This document shows positions 1 to 9,216 of a DNA stretch of 63,561 nt, in pieces. Numbering within the stretch: position 1 is the stretch's first letter; the number at the start of each line of letters is the position of its first letter. A program made the position numbers and the translations under genes. The stretch comes from Candidatus Nomurabacteria bacterium (GTDB lineage Bacteria; Patescibacteriota; Minisyncoccia; Phycocordibacterales; UBA9973). Below the pieces are notes generated by a model. It had not been told where the DNA came from. It saw nothing but the letters and a program-made list of their open reading frames with translations, and did no database searches. The DNA is taken from positions 1-63,561 of the forward strand of contig JAHFNO010000004.1 of NCBI GenBank assembly GCA_023267275.1. The letters run 5' to 3'.

Positions 1-224
1 AATACTCCGAGAGAAAAACTGAAGTGGAAGACACCAAATGAAGTGATGAGAGAGAAGAAACTATTTAGAAAAAGAAAAAACCGCTAGTGCGGTCTGTTGC
101 GTTGAGGGGTGGAATGTCGCGTAAATGAATTTAATAGAATTATACTACTTATAATATAATAAGTCAATAGCAAAAAATAAGCCTAATATTAGGCTTATTT
201 TTTACATTCTTATATTGTATTCAA

Positions 225-1031
225 TTAATTAAAAACACACTGTGTTTGACCTGGTTGTAAACCTGCATGCGTATCCCCTGTTTTACCAGTGATATCAACG
301 CAAACATAATTGTTGGCTTCAATATGGATTGATGCTGCCCAAGACTGAGCACTGTCATTACAAACAACATTTCCACTGTTTTGCTTCACAGACTGAAAAA
401 TCGTTGTGATTGCATCATCTTTACACACACCCGCATAACTACCATTTTTTTCTTTCGCCAATTCAGCCAATGCGCGCATTTTTGATGATGCACCCATATA
501 CATAATTCGATTATTTTGCGCTACAGTATTTACCTGTTCATCATTTACACTTTCTTGATCGCCAGGAGCTGTATGAGTGAATGTAAATACATAATCCCCG
601 GGATTGATTGTTTTACCAGCTACTTTTTCTGGAGTTACACTTGAAAGTACAACTGAATGCCCCTTGTAGCTTTGTGGCTGACCGAGAGTAAATACGATAG
701 ATTTGCTGAGCAATCCATACTTCCCTGCAATACGCACACGAACTGTTCCTGCCTGGATACATTGAACACCTTTAGGACAACGGCTATCTTCCGCAACTTC
801 TGCAACAGTAGCTTTTACTCCATACGCTTCCAGAACATCACCGAGTTTTACGGTAAGTTGTTTTTCACTTCCGGTAATTTTTCGAGTTTCAGATTTTGCC
901 GGAACAGAAATAGAAGTTGATGGGGTTTTCTTAAACCATGAAAGTGGGTTCCACCAAGCAGCATGTGCGTGAGCTGGAACAACTCCTACCATCATGAGAA
1001 CAAAAAGTGTGACGAGTGTAATTTTTTTCAT
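225..1031 (-). CDS. Secreted hypothetical protein; C-terminal Cys-containing domain resembling CPR pilin-like globular domains
   Basis: Signal peptide (MKKITLVTLF..AHA) followed by WWNPLSW; DSRCPKGVQCIQAG motif; C-terminal GSYAGVC..CNDSAQSWAAS..VCVD..G. Confidence 0.6.
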   Translation of the reverse strand: MKKITLVTLFVLMMVGVVPAHAHAAWWNPLSWFKKTPSTSISVPAKSETRKITGSEKQLTVKLGDVLEAYGVKATVAEVAEDSRCPKGVQCIQAGTVRVRIAGKYGLLSKSIVFTLGQPQSYKGHSVVLSSVTPEKVAGKTINPGDYVFTFTHTAPGDQESVNDEQVNTVAQNNRIMYMGASSKMRALAELAKEKNGSYAGVCKDDAITTIFQSVKQNSGNVVCNDSAQSWAASIHIEANNYVCVDITGKTGDTHAGLQPGQTQCVFN

Positions 1032-1053
1032 AAAAAATGATTATGATTGATAA

Positions 1054-2367
1054 TTAGTCGAAGTAATTTTTGAGACGAAGGATGCGTTCGTGTGTGCGGA
1101 GTTTTTCATGCACCTTGGCTTCGATCTGACGAATACGTTCACGAGTAACACCGAACTCTGTTCCCACTTCTTCAAGTGTGTGCTGTACGCCATCTGAGAG
1201 ACCGTAACGCATTTCAAGAATCTTGCGCTCTTTTGGAGAAAGCTCATCAAGAACACTTCTCACCTGGTCTTGGAGAATACGGTAACTTGCATCTTGATCT
1301 GGGCGAAGAATCTTGTCGTCGGCGATAAATTCACCGCGAGTTGATTTCTCATCATCATCACCGATTGGCTGTTCAAGCGAAACAGTATCTTGAGAAATAT
1401 TTTCAATCACGTGCACCTTTTCTACATCGATGCCCATTTCAATAGCGATTTCTTCTGCGAGTGGATCACGTCCGAGGTCTTGCGCGAGACGACGATAGAC
1501 TTGTTTGTATTTTGAGATTGTTTCCACCATGTGCACTGGAATACGAATAGTGCGTGACTGGTCGGCAAGCGCACGAGTAATAGACTGGCGGATCCACCAG
1601 GTCGCATAGGTTGAGAATTTGTAACCCTTTGTCCAGTCGAATTTTTCTACTGCCTTAAACAAACCAAGGTTTCCTTCCTGAATAAGATCGAGAAGTGTGA
1701 GATCACTTGAGCGTCCAACATATTTTTTTGCAATCGAAACTACGAGACGGAGGTTTGCACGGGCGAGCAAATTTTTTGCTTCCAAGTCTCCTGCTTGAAT
1801 ACGTCGTGCAAGATCTTTTTCTTCAGCTGCCTGAATGAGCGGGTACTGACCAATCTCTTTCAAATACATTTGAATTGAGTCGTATGCTGGATCGCTTTTT
1901 TCATCCTTGCCTCCTTCAATTGTGTCGATATCAAGCAAATTTCCACCTTCAAGCACGTCAATACCAGCAGTGTTGAGCTGATCGTAAAGCACATCAAGAA
2001 AATCAATGTCTGTTTCGATATTTGGGAATGAACGCAAGATTTCATCAAATGTGATAAAGCCACGTTTTCGGCCTTTCATCACCAGCTCAGCAGAACGCTC
2101 AAGTGGTGTCATGTTTGTCTTTGATTTCTTTACATTTGCGCGTCCAGCAGTAATTGCTCCGTTACCTTTGATTGCTTTTACTTTTTTTACCTTTGCAGGC
2201 TTTTTTGCTACAACCTTTTTTACGGGTTTTTTCGCCACGACTTTCTTTACCACTTTCTTTGCAAGCTTTTTTGCCACAACCTTTTTTACGGGTTTTTTCG
2301 CCACGACTTTCTTCGCTGGTTTTTTTGTTATCACTTTTTTCTTCTTTGTATTTTTTTTATTTTGCAT
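1054..2367 (-). CDS. rpoD: Primary RNA polymerase sigma factor RpoD with Lys/Ala/Val/Pro-rich N-terminal tail
   Basis: [53 protein letters not shown]; downstream of dnaG. Confidence 0.97.
   Translation of the reverse strand: MQNKKNTKKKKVITKKPAKKVVAKKPVKKVVAKKLAKKVVKKVVAKKPVKKVVAKKPAKVKKVKAIKGNGAITAGRANVKKSKTNMTPLERSAELVMKGRKRGFITFDEILRSFPNIETDIDFLDVLYDQLNTAGIDVLEGGNLLDIDTIEGGKDEKSDPAYDSIQMYLKEIGQYPLIQAAEEKDLARRIQAGDLEAKNLLARANLRLVVSIAKKYVGRSSDLTLLDLIQEGNLGLFKAVEKFDWTKGYKFSTYATWWIRQSITRALADQSRTIRIPVHMVETISKYKQVYRRLAQDLGRDPLAEEIAIEMGIDVEKVHVIENISQDTVSLEQPIGDDDEKSTRGEFIADDKILRPDQDASYRILQDQVRSVLDELSPKERKILEMRYGLSDGVQHTLEEVGTEFGVTRERIRQIEAKVHEKLRTHERILRLKNYFD
2191..2313. repeat. 57-bp direct repeat (2191-2247 / 2257-2313, 2 mismatches) encoding KKVVAKKPV repeats in the RpoD tail
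   Basis: ctttgcaggcttttttgctacaaccttttttacgggttttttcgccacgactttctt repeated at a 66-bp offset. Confidence 0.85.
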
Positions 2368-2378
2368 TTGTATTTTCG

Positions 2379-2410
2379 CTAAAGCCTAGTGCCTAAAGCC
2401 TAATGCCTAA
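2379..2410. repeat. Degenerate heptamer array (GCCTAnn) containing the dnaG stop codon
   Basis: ctaaagcctagtgcctaaagcctaatgcctaa. Confidence 0.8.
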
Positions 2411-4230
2411 TTTTTAAATCGACTGCTTTTAATAGTATTGAGGCGATTGGTTACTTTTTGTGATTCTTCTAGAATTTCTTGCAATGAAGTATTTCCTTCC
2501 GAACCTTCTGTGTCATTCATTTTCCGCATGAGTTCTTCGAGTTTTCTGCCAAGCATTTCTTCTTCCAGATTGTCGAGAAGTTCTTCAGTATCTTGTTTCA
2601 GGCGTTTCGGTTCATCGTACAGTGTCTCAACTTCAAAAATTCGTTCTTGTTTCTTGTCTTGTAATTTTACATACGCATTTTTGAATTGGTCACTTCCCAT
2701 CACATCTTCCAATCGTTTTCGAAACGCTTCGAGGTCGATAAGTGGTGGAGCACATTCTTCTTGCCATACCAGTATTCCAAGCAGTCGATCTTCGATTTTT
2801 GTAGTGCGTGAATTGTCTTCTTGCAGTCTCTGCGGAGGAACGTTTGATGCTGACACTGGTTTCTTTTGAGGTGTGTCATTGCCTACCATCAATCGTACAA
2901 CATCTTCTGCCAACGCTTCTTCGGGAATGCCAGTCTTCAAATGAATCTCTCGAATAAAATGTACGCGTTCGACAGCGGAAGGCATCACGGCGATATATGG
3001 AAGAATTTTATCACGAATCGCGCGCATGCGTGTATGTTCGGAGACTTTTGATTCCTCAAGCACTGAGAGATAGAAAAGGACAATGTGTTGCGCTCCATCA
3101 ATGATTTTCTTCCACGCTTCTTTTCCGTGCAATCGAATCACATCTGCTGGATCTAAATCGGTTGGGAGTTTTGCAACTTTCACATTCATGCCGAGTGTGA
3201 GTCCGATGCGTTCGGCACGACCTGCAGCTTTCATTCCAGCTTTGTCGGCATCAAATGCAATAGTGAGATTTTTTGAAAGTGCGTGTACTTGTCCAAGACT
3301 CGTGAGCGCTCCGCGGTCTCCATCGGTTGTGAGTGAATCACCGAGAGCTGTACCAGAAGATGCAACAGTATTGGTAAATCCTGCCTGATGCGAGAGAACC
3401 AAATCCATTTGTCCTTCTACCAAAATAGCGAGGTCGCGTTTTCGAATTTCAAATTTTGCTTTGTCGAGTCCGTAGAGCACGCTTCCCTTTTTAAAAATTG
3501 GAGTTTCAGGAGAGTTGATATACTTGGCCGTCGACGCAGTCGAATAGGCTTTTCCTTGAACACCACTTCCATCATCATGCAAAATTCTTCCAGAAAAAGC
3601 GATAATGCGTGCACCAGAGTCTCCAATCGGAAACATTACACGATCACGGAAGCGATCATAAATTTCACCGTTTGGTTTGTCGTCAGGATGTTTTGCAAGA
3701 CCGGAAAGCACAATTTCTTTGTCGGTAAAACCACTGGCACGCAAAAAATCAGAGAGCATTCTCCATTCTGCCGGAGCATATCCAATGCGAAAATGCTCTA
3801 TGGTTTCTTTTGTTACGCCACGACCTTCAATATATTTTTTTGCATCATCACACAATTGAAATTGCTTTTGATAAAACGTTGTTGCGCATTCCATGAGCTC
3901 ATACAAGCGGTCTTTTTCATTTCGTTCTTTTGGATCGCTTCCGCGGTACGGTTCAAGTGTGACACCAGCACGCAATGCGAGTACTTGTAGGGCGCCTTTG
4001 AAATCGAGTCCTTCGAATTGTTCAACAAATGAAAAGATGTCTCCCTTCGCACCACAGCCGAAGCAGTAATAACTGCTTCGGCTCGGTGAAATGAAAAACG
4101 AAGGTGACTTTTCATTGTGGAAAGGACAAATTGCTTTGTAATTTCCACCAGCTTTTTCAATTTTGAGGTAGGAAGAAACAACATCAGTAATGCTTAGTTT
4201 CTCTTTGATTTGTTCTACTAAAGTTGACAT
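2407..4230 (-). CDS. dnaG: DNA primase
   Basis: CPFHNEKSPSF..CFGC zinc finger, KYINSPET, EGQMD, TOPRIM FDADKAG, DPAD. Confidence 0.97.
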   Translation of the reverse strand: MSTLVEQIKEKLSITDVVSSYLKIEKAGGNYKAICPFHNEKSPSFFISPSRSSYYCFGCGAKGDIFSFVEQFEGLDFKGALQVLALRAGVTLEPYRGSDPKERNEKDRLYELMECATTFYQKQFQLCDDAKKYIEGRGVTKETIEHFRIGYAPAEWRMLSDFLRASGFTDKEIVLSGLAKHPDDKPNGEIYDRFRDRVMFPIGDSGARIIAFSGRILHDDGSGVQGKAYSTASTAKYINSPETPIFKKGSVLYGLDKAKFEIRKRDLAILVEGQMDLVLSHQAGFTNTVASSGTALGDSLTTDGDRGALTSLGQVHALSKNLTIAFDADKAGMKAAGRAERIGLTLGMNVKVAKLPTDLDPADVIRLHGKEAWKKIIDGAQHIVLFYLSVLEESKVSEHTRMRAIRDKILPYIAVMPSAVERVHFIREIHLKTGIPEEALAEDVVRLMVGNDTPQKKPVSASNVPPQRLQEDNSRTTKIEDRLLGILVWQEECAPPLIDLEAFRKRLEDVMGSDQFKNAYVKLQDKKQERIFEVETLYDEPKRLKQDTEELLDNLEEEMLGRKLEELMRKMNDTEGSEGNTSLQEILEESQKVTNRLNTIKSSRFKN

Positions 4231-4302
4231 ATTTTACTTTAATTTGCCTGCCCGTAAGAAGTGTACTCACTTTCCTTCTGGGGTTCAACGAATGATGACA
4301 TA

Positions 4303-4330
4303 TTGACTTTATTACTCTAATTGATATACT
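4303..4330 (+). promoter_or_regulatory. Putative sigma70 promoter antisense to the MazF-like gene
   Basis: TTGACT-16 nt-TATACT with TGn extended -10, pointing into the 3' end of ORF 4331-4774. Confidence 0.6.
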
Positions 4331-4774
4331 CTAATTACTTTTGGGATTACCCACCGATCCAGGACTTCGGTCCTGGTGATAATGAGAAAGCTCGAGCAAT
4401 GCCTCGAGTTTTTCTTTTACCCTGGCAAAATCTGCACTATCGAGTGTAGTGAGACGACGCTGGAAACGATTAGTACTAAACATCCTTATTTGATGTAATA
4501 ACGCAAATCTTTTTTGACCTTGTATTGGTATATCAATAAACCATGAGCCTATTTTTTCTTGCATAGAAAGAGGTATTCCAATGAAATTGTTTCGGGAAAG
4601 CTTTTTAAAAACTAATACGGGTCGTCTATAAGTCTCTCCTTTTCCGCATGATTCCTCAGCAATATTCATTCCTACGGCACACCACCAAACTTCACCAGTA
4701 TGAAAAAGAAGATCGCGCTTTTTATTTTCTAGCTCTTTTTTCTTTTTATTCCACTGGTCAAAATCTTTACGCAT
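4331..4774 (-). CDS. PemK/MazF-like toxin-family protein (no adjacent protein antitoxin seen)
   Basis: KDFDQWN..GEVWWCAVGMNIAEESCGKGETYRRPVLVFKK..FIGIPLS..LHQIR..RFQRR pattern typical of this MazF-like subfamily. Confidence 0.7.
   Translation of the reverse strand: MRKDFDQWNKKKKELENKKRDLLFHTGEVWWCAVGMNIAEESCGKGETYRRPVLVFKKLSRNNFIGIPLSMQEKIGSWFIDIPIQGQKRFALLHQIRMFSTNRFQRRLTTLDSADFARVKEKLEALLELSHYHQDRSPGSVGNPKSN
4337..4418 (+). ncRNA. Candidate ~80-nt antisense RNA overlapping the 3' end of the MazF-like gene
   Basis: Follows the 4303-4330 promoter; hairpins tggg-atta-ccca and ccaggac-TTCG-gtcctgg; then stem gctcgag..ctcgagt plus T-tract. Confidence 0.4.
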
Positions 4775-4793
4775 AATTCTATTTTAGAAATGT

Positions 4794-5402
4794 TTATGGA
4801 AGTTTTTCGGTAATTACAGTTCCATATGGTTTTGTTTCCTGATATGGATCACCATTACATGAATTATTTAATGAACATACTGCAATCTTTTTCTGATAAG
4901 AAAAAGATTCTGATTTTGTATCTATTTTTATATTTCCAATATCATCAGAAATATATACAAACTTTCCAGTTGAAGCATTCAACATAACTGTTCCAGCAAA
5001 TCCGCCACCGCAATTATAACAACCAGCGAGCATGAAGGTGACATAATTTTCTCCAAATGCATTCGTAAGGAATGCTGGACCTTTTGATTGCAAAGATGAA
5101 TCTTTGTTTGTCCAAACAATACGATCACCATTGTTACTTGTTTGAATAATCTCTGTGTATGGTTTTACCTCTGTCTCAAAACTTCCAAGATTGTATGTTT
5201 TATATACAACTGTTTTGTTTTCATTTGAAATAGTTGAGGATGGGGTTCCAAGATTTTCAGGTGCAGGAATAGTTTCTTTTGTTGTCTCAGTAACAACAGG
5301 AGCAACAACCTTTTCAGGTATTCCATTTTTCTGCCAAAGTAAAAAACCTCCAAGTCCAATTACAATCATAACAAGTATCGCAATAATGATATTTTTTTTC
5401 AT
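4794..5402 (-). CDS. Membrane-anchored hypothetical protein
   Basis: N-terminal TM helix, CYNC motif, 202 aa. Confidence 0.65.
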   Translation of the reverse strand: MKKNIIIAILVMIVIGLGGFLLWQKNGIPEKVVAPVVTETTKETIPAPENLGTPSSTISNENKTVVYKTYNLGSFETEVKPYTEIIQTSNNGDRIVWTNKDSSLQSKGPAFLTNAFGENYVTFMLAGCYNCGGGFAGTVMLNASTGKFVYISDDIGNIKIDTKSESFSYQKKIAVCSLNNSCNGDPYQETKPYGTVITEKLP

Positions 5403-5453
5403 AGAATATAAGACTGCAGCACAGTATTAATATAATAATGAAACCAATTTCAC

Positions 5454-5485
5454 TAGCACGGCAAGGGGTTACCCTTGCCGTGCTA
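5454..5485. repeat. REP-like palindrome downstream of rpoC
   Basis: tagcacggcaaggg-gtta-cccttgccgtgcta, 14-bp perfect stem; no U-tract on the rpoC strand. Confidence 0.65.
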
Positions 5486-5493
5486 AGAAATTC

Positions 5494-8400
5494 TTATTGT
5501 TCGTCCGCCTCTTGTTCTTTTTTCTCTCCGTTACCAGGAATACGCTTGTCGACAAATCCAGTACCTGCTGGGATAAGTCGTCCAATGATTACGTTTTCCT
5601 TAAGACCGCGAAGTGTGTCTACCCCACCGCGAATTGCGTTTGTGATAAGCACTCGGTTTGTATTTTGGAACGAAGCAGCTGAGAGCCATGACTTTGTAGT
5701 AAGTGCTGTTTCTGAAATACCGAGAACGAGTGAGTCTGCTTTTGCTTCTTTGAGACCCTTTGCTCGCATCACTGCATTTTCATCAAGCAATTCTACTGCT
5801 TCAACGATTTCACTTGGTGAGAATCCTGTTTCTCCAGCATCCTTGATCTTTCTTCGTGAGAACATCTGACGAATAATGATTTCGATATGCTTGCGAGAAA
5901 TTGATGCTCCCTGCAATTCGTACACTTTGTTGATTTCGTGAATGATGTATTCTTCTGCTTTTTCGCGACCTCCGTATTTGAAGATTTCTGCGATGTCAGC
6001 TGATCCATCGGTCATGAGTTCTCCCTTCTTCACATTTGCACCTTTGGCAACGATTGCCTGGCGGTGTGGAGGAACGTCATATGTTGTTTCGTTTGCTTTG
6101 CCATCTACTTTTGTATCATGCAAGACCACGATTGAGCGTTCGTCTTTGTTGATGCGAATGTCGATAACAGTTCCATCATCATGTGCAACTACAGCTGGAT
6201 TTTTTGGAAGACGACGTTCGAAGATTTCTTCAACACGTGGAAGACCGGCAGTAATATCGACACCTGCGAGACCTCCGGCGTGGAAGGTTCGAAGTGTGAG
6301 CTGTGTTCCTGGTTCACCGATAGCTTGTGCGGCAACGATACCTACAGCTTCACCCACCTTCACAAGATTGTTGCGTCCGAGGTCGAGACCGTAACAACTC
6401 TGACAGATTCCGTAAATTGTCTTACACGTAAGTGGCGTACGAACAAATGCTTCTGTGATTCCTGCTTGTTCAAGTTTGAGTGCCTCTTCTTTTGTGATGA
6501 GGTAACCACGCTTGTGAATCACATTGCCATCTTTGTCTTTCAAATCGGCAGCGAGAATACGTCCGCGGATTGTTTTACTGATTGGAATTTCGATTCCAAG
6601 AACAGAGTCCTTGCGCATCATTTTTCCATCCTTTGTTCCACAATCTTCTTCGGTCACAACCACATCTTGCGCAACGTCTACGAGACGGCGAGTAAGATAT
6701 CCGGCTTTCGCAGTGTTGAGCGCTGTGTCGGCGAGACCTTTACGTGATCCGTGTGTACAGATGAAGTATTCAATTGGAGAAAATCCTTCCTTAAACGATG
6801 GGATGATTGGGAAGTCGATTGTACGTCCACTTGGGTTCACGATCATTCCTTTCATTCCGGCCATCTGTGTGAGGTTACTCATCGATCCGCGAGATCCTGA
6901 AGTGATCATATCGCTCGCAGAAGAGCCATCCACCATAGTTTCTGGAATAAGCTTTTCGATATCTTTCTTCACACCTTCCCAGATTTCGAGTACCTTGCGG
7001 TAACGTTCTTCTTCAGAAAGAAGACCTTCGCTGTATTGATGTTCAACTTCTTTTTGTTTGATGCGTCCGGCTGCAACAACAGCAGGCTTTCCTTCTGGAA
7101 CGCGAATGTTGTCGAGACCCCAACTGATTCCAGATTTTGTACTGTAAGTAAATCCGAATGTCTTAATCTTGTCGAGCAAGTCTGGAGTCTTATCGATTCC
7201 GTAGTGCATAATGAATTCATCCACGAGTGCGTTCAAACGCTTCTGGTTGATTGTTTCGTTCATGAATGGGAAATCGTCTGGAAGAATCGAGTTGAAGAGA
7301 ATACGTCCAACAGTAGTTTCAAATGGCTTGTTGTCGAATGCAGCATACTTTGCCTTTTCTGTTCCGAGCACAAGAATTTTTGCGCGGAGAGAAACTTCGT
7401 TGAATGAGTATCCAGTGATCGCAGCATTTGGTGTTGCAAACATTTTTCCTTCACCCTTTTGATTTGGCATGAGCTTTGTCATCCAGAAACATCCAAGTGC
7501 CATATCCATACGTGGAGATGTAATCGGATCACCGTTCTGTGGCTTCAAGAGATTTTTGTTTGAAGCCATGCGTTCCTCAGCTTCTTCTTGTGCTGGTTTT
7601 GAAAGTGGAACATATACGGCCATCTGGTCTCCGTCGAAGTCGGCGTTGAACGCTGGACAAACGAGTGGGTGTACTTGAATAGCATTTCCTTCAATGAGGA
7701 TTGGCTGGAAAGCTTGAATACCGAGACGGTGCAATGTTGGCGCACGGTTCAAAAGAACACGCTTGCCTTTGATCACTTCTTCAAGGATAGCCCACACTTC
7801 TGGAATACCATCTTCAATGAGACGGTTTGCTCCACGAATGTTGTACGCGAGTTCACGTTCGATAAGTTTTGAAATTACGAATGGGCGGAAGAGTTCAAGC
7901 GCCATGTGCTTTGGAAGTCCACACTGAGAAAGTTTGAGTGTTGGTCCAACCACGATCACAGAACGTCCAGAGTAGTCCACGCGCTTTCCAAGGAGGTTTT
8001 GACGGAAGAGACCTTGTTTTGATTTCAAGTTGTCTGAAAGAGATTTCAAAGCACGGCGTTGTGCCTGGTTCATCGCAACACTATCGTTCTGACGAGCGAT
8101 TGAGTTGTCGATAAGTGCATCCACTGCTTCTTGAAGAATACGCTTTTCGTTACGCAAGATAACATCTGGCGCACCGATTTCTTTGAGCTTGCGGAGACGA
8201 TTGTTTCGGTTGATCACGCGACGGTAGAGGTCGTTGATATCACTTGTTGCATGACGTCCACCTTCAAGAGCCACCATTGGGCGGAGTGCTGGAGGAATCA
8301 CTGGAATCACTGTGAGGAACATCCATTCTGGACGAATTCCTGATGTGATCATTGAGCGGATAAGTGAGAGACGCTTTTCAAGTTTGTCTTTTTCAACAGC

Positions 8401-9129
8401 ACTTGCCTTTTCGTGTGCAGTTTCAGAAATTTCCTGGAGCTTTTTGAGATCAAGATTTTTCAATACAGAGTAAATAGCCTCTGCACCGATAGATGCTTCG
8501 AAACATGTTCCGTATTTCAAACTGTAGCGGTGATATGCGATTTCAGTGAGCACTTTACCTTCGTAAATTTCACCGATTTCTTTTTTCGCAGTCATCAAAA
8601 GCTCTTTGAGTTTTGTCTTTGTATCTTCATCGGCAGAAGATTTTACTTTTGTCTTGTACTCGTTTTCAAGACTCTTCAAAATCTTATCTTTTTCTTCCTG
8701 GTACACCTTCATCACAATGTATCCGGCAAAGTAAATTACTTTTTCCAAATCTGTTGCAGTGATGTTGAGGAGTACTGACATACGAGATGGTACGCCACGG
8801 AGGAACCAGATGTGTGCTACTGGAGTTGCGAGTTCGATGTGACCCATGCGTTCACGGCGAACAATACTGCGTGTGACTTCAACGCCACATTTTTCACAGA
8901 TAATATCCTTGTAACGGATTCGGCGATATTTTCCACAGTAACATTCATAATCTTTTTCCGGCCCGAAGATGCGCTCGTCGAAGAGACCACCACGCTCAGA
9001 ACGTCCTGTGCGGTAGTTGATTGTCTCAGGCTTTGTGACCTCGCCGTATGACCAATCGCGGATGCGATCTGGACTCGCGAGTTTGAGTGAGATTGATTCG
9101 AAACCAGTGTTTGTATCAATTGTTTTCAT
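5494..9129 (-). CDS. rpoC: RNA polymerase beta' subunit
   Basis: NADFDGDQM catalytic motif, N-terminal Zn finger, GKRVDYSGRSVI. Confidence 0.99.
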   Translation of the reverse strand: MKTIDTNTGFESISLKLASPDRIRDWSYGEVTKPETINYRTGRSERGGLFDERIFGPEKDYECYCGKYRRIRYKDIICEKCGVEVTRSIVRRERMGHIELATPVAHIWFLRGVPSRMSVLLNITATDLEKVIYFAGYIVMKVYQEEKDKILKSLENEYKTKVKSSADEDTKTKLKELLMTAKKEIGEIYEGKVLTEIAYHRYSLKYGTCFEASIGAEAIYSVLKNLDLKKLQEISETAHEKASAVEKDKLEKRLSLIRSMITSGIRPEWMFLTVIPVIPPALRPMVALEGGRHATSDINDLYRRVINRNNRLRKLKEIGAPDVILRNEKRILQEAVDALIDNSIARQNDSVAMNQAQRRALKSLSDNLKSKQGLFRQNLLGKRVDYSGRSVIVVGPTLKLSQCGLPKHMALELFRPFVISKLIERELAYNIRGANRLIEDGIPEVWAILEEVIKGKRVLLNRAPTLHRLGIQAFQPILIEGNAIQVHPLVCPAFNADFDGDQMAVYVPLSKPAQEEAEERMASNKNLLKPQNGDPITSPRMDMALGCFWMTKLMPNQKGEGKMFATPNAAITGYSFNEVSLRAKILVLGTEKAKYAAFDNKPFETTVGRILFNSILPDDFPFMNETINQKRLNALVDEFIMHYGIDKTPDLLDKIKTFGFTYSTKSGISWGLDNIRVPEGKPAVVAAGRIKQKEVEHQYSEGLLSEEERYRKVLEIWEGVKKDIEKLIPETMVDGSSASDMITSGSRGSMSNLTQMAGMKGMIVNPSGRTIDFPIIPSFKEGFSPIEYFICTHGSRKGLADTALNTAKAGYLTRRLVDVAQDVVVTEEDCGTKDGKMMRKDSVLGIEIPISKTIRGRILAADLKDKDGNVIHKRGYLITKEEALKLEQAGITEAFVRTPLTCKTIYGICQSCYGLDLGRNNLVKVGEAVGIVAAQAIGEPGTQLTLRTFHAGGLAGVDITAGLPRVEEIFERRLPKNPAVVAHDDGTVIDIRINKDERSIVVLHDTKVDGKANETTYDVPPHRQAIVAKGANVKKGELMTDGSADIAEIFKYGGREKAEEYIIHEINKVYELQGASISRKHIEIIIRQMFSRRKIKDAGETGFSPSEIVEAVELLDENAVMRAKGLKEAKADSLVLGISETALTTKSWLSAASFQNTNRVLITNAIRGGVDTLRGLKENVIIGRLIPAGTGFVDKRIPGNGEKKEQEADEQ

Positions 9130-9138
9130 AGTTTTTTG

Positions 9139-9216
9139 TTTAGGCTCTAGGTTATTAGGGTTTAGGCTCTAGGTGTAGATTTTGTATTCTCTAGCGCCTA
9201 ATGATCTAATGTCTAA
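9139..9216. repeat. Inverted pair of heptamer arrays between the rpoB stop and the rpoC start
   Basis: taggctctaggttattagggtttaggctctaggtgtag / ctctagcgcctaatgatctaatgtctaa. Confidence 0.75.

Noticed and set aside
3290..3350. Extra DnaG segment GDSLTTDGDRGALTSLG as a repeat insertion
   Set aside because: No clear palindrome or periodicity in the DNA; more likely a lineage-specific loop.
4246..4290. Degenerate palindromic element upstream of dnaG, and a similar GC-rich patch at 26622-26672
   Set aside because: Pairing is too imperfect to define boundaries or family by eye.
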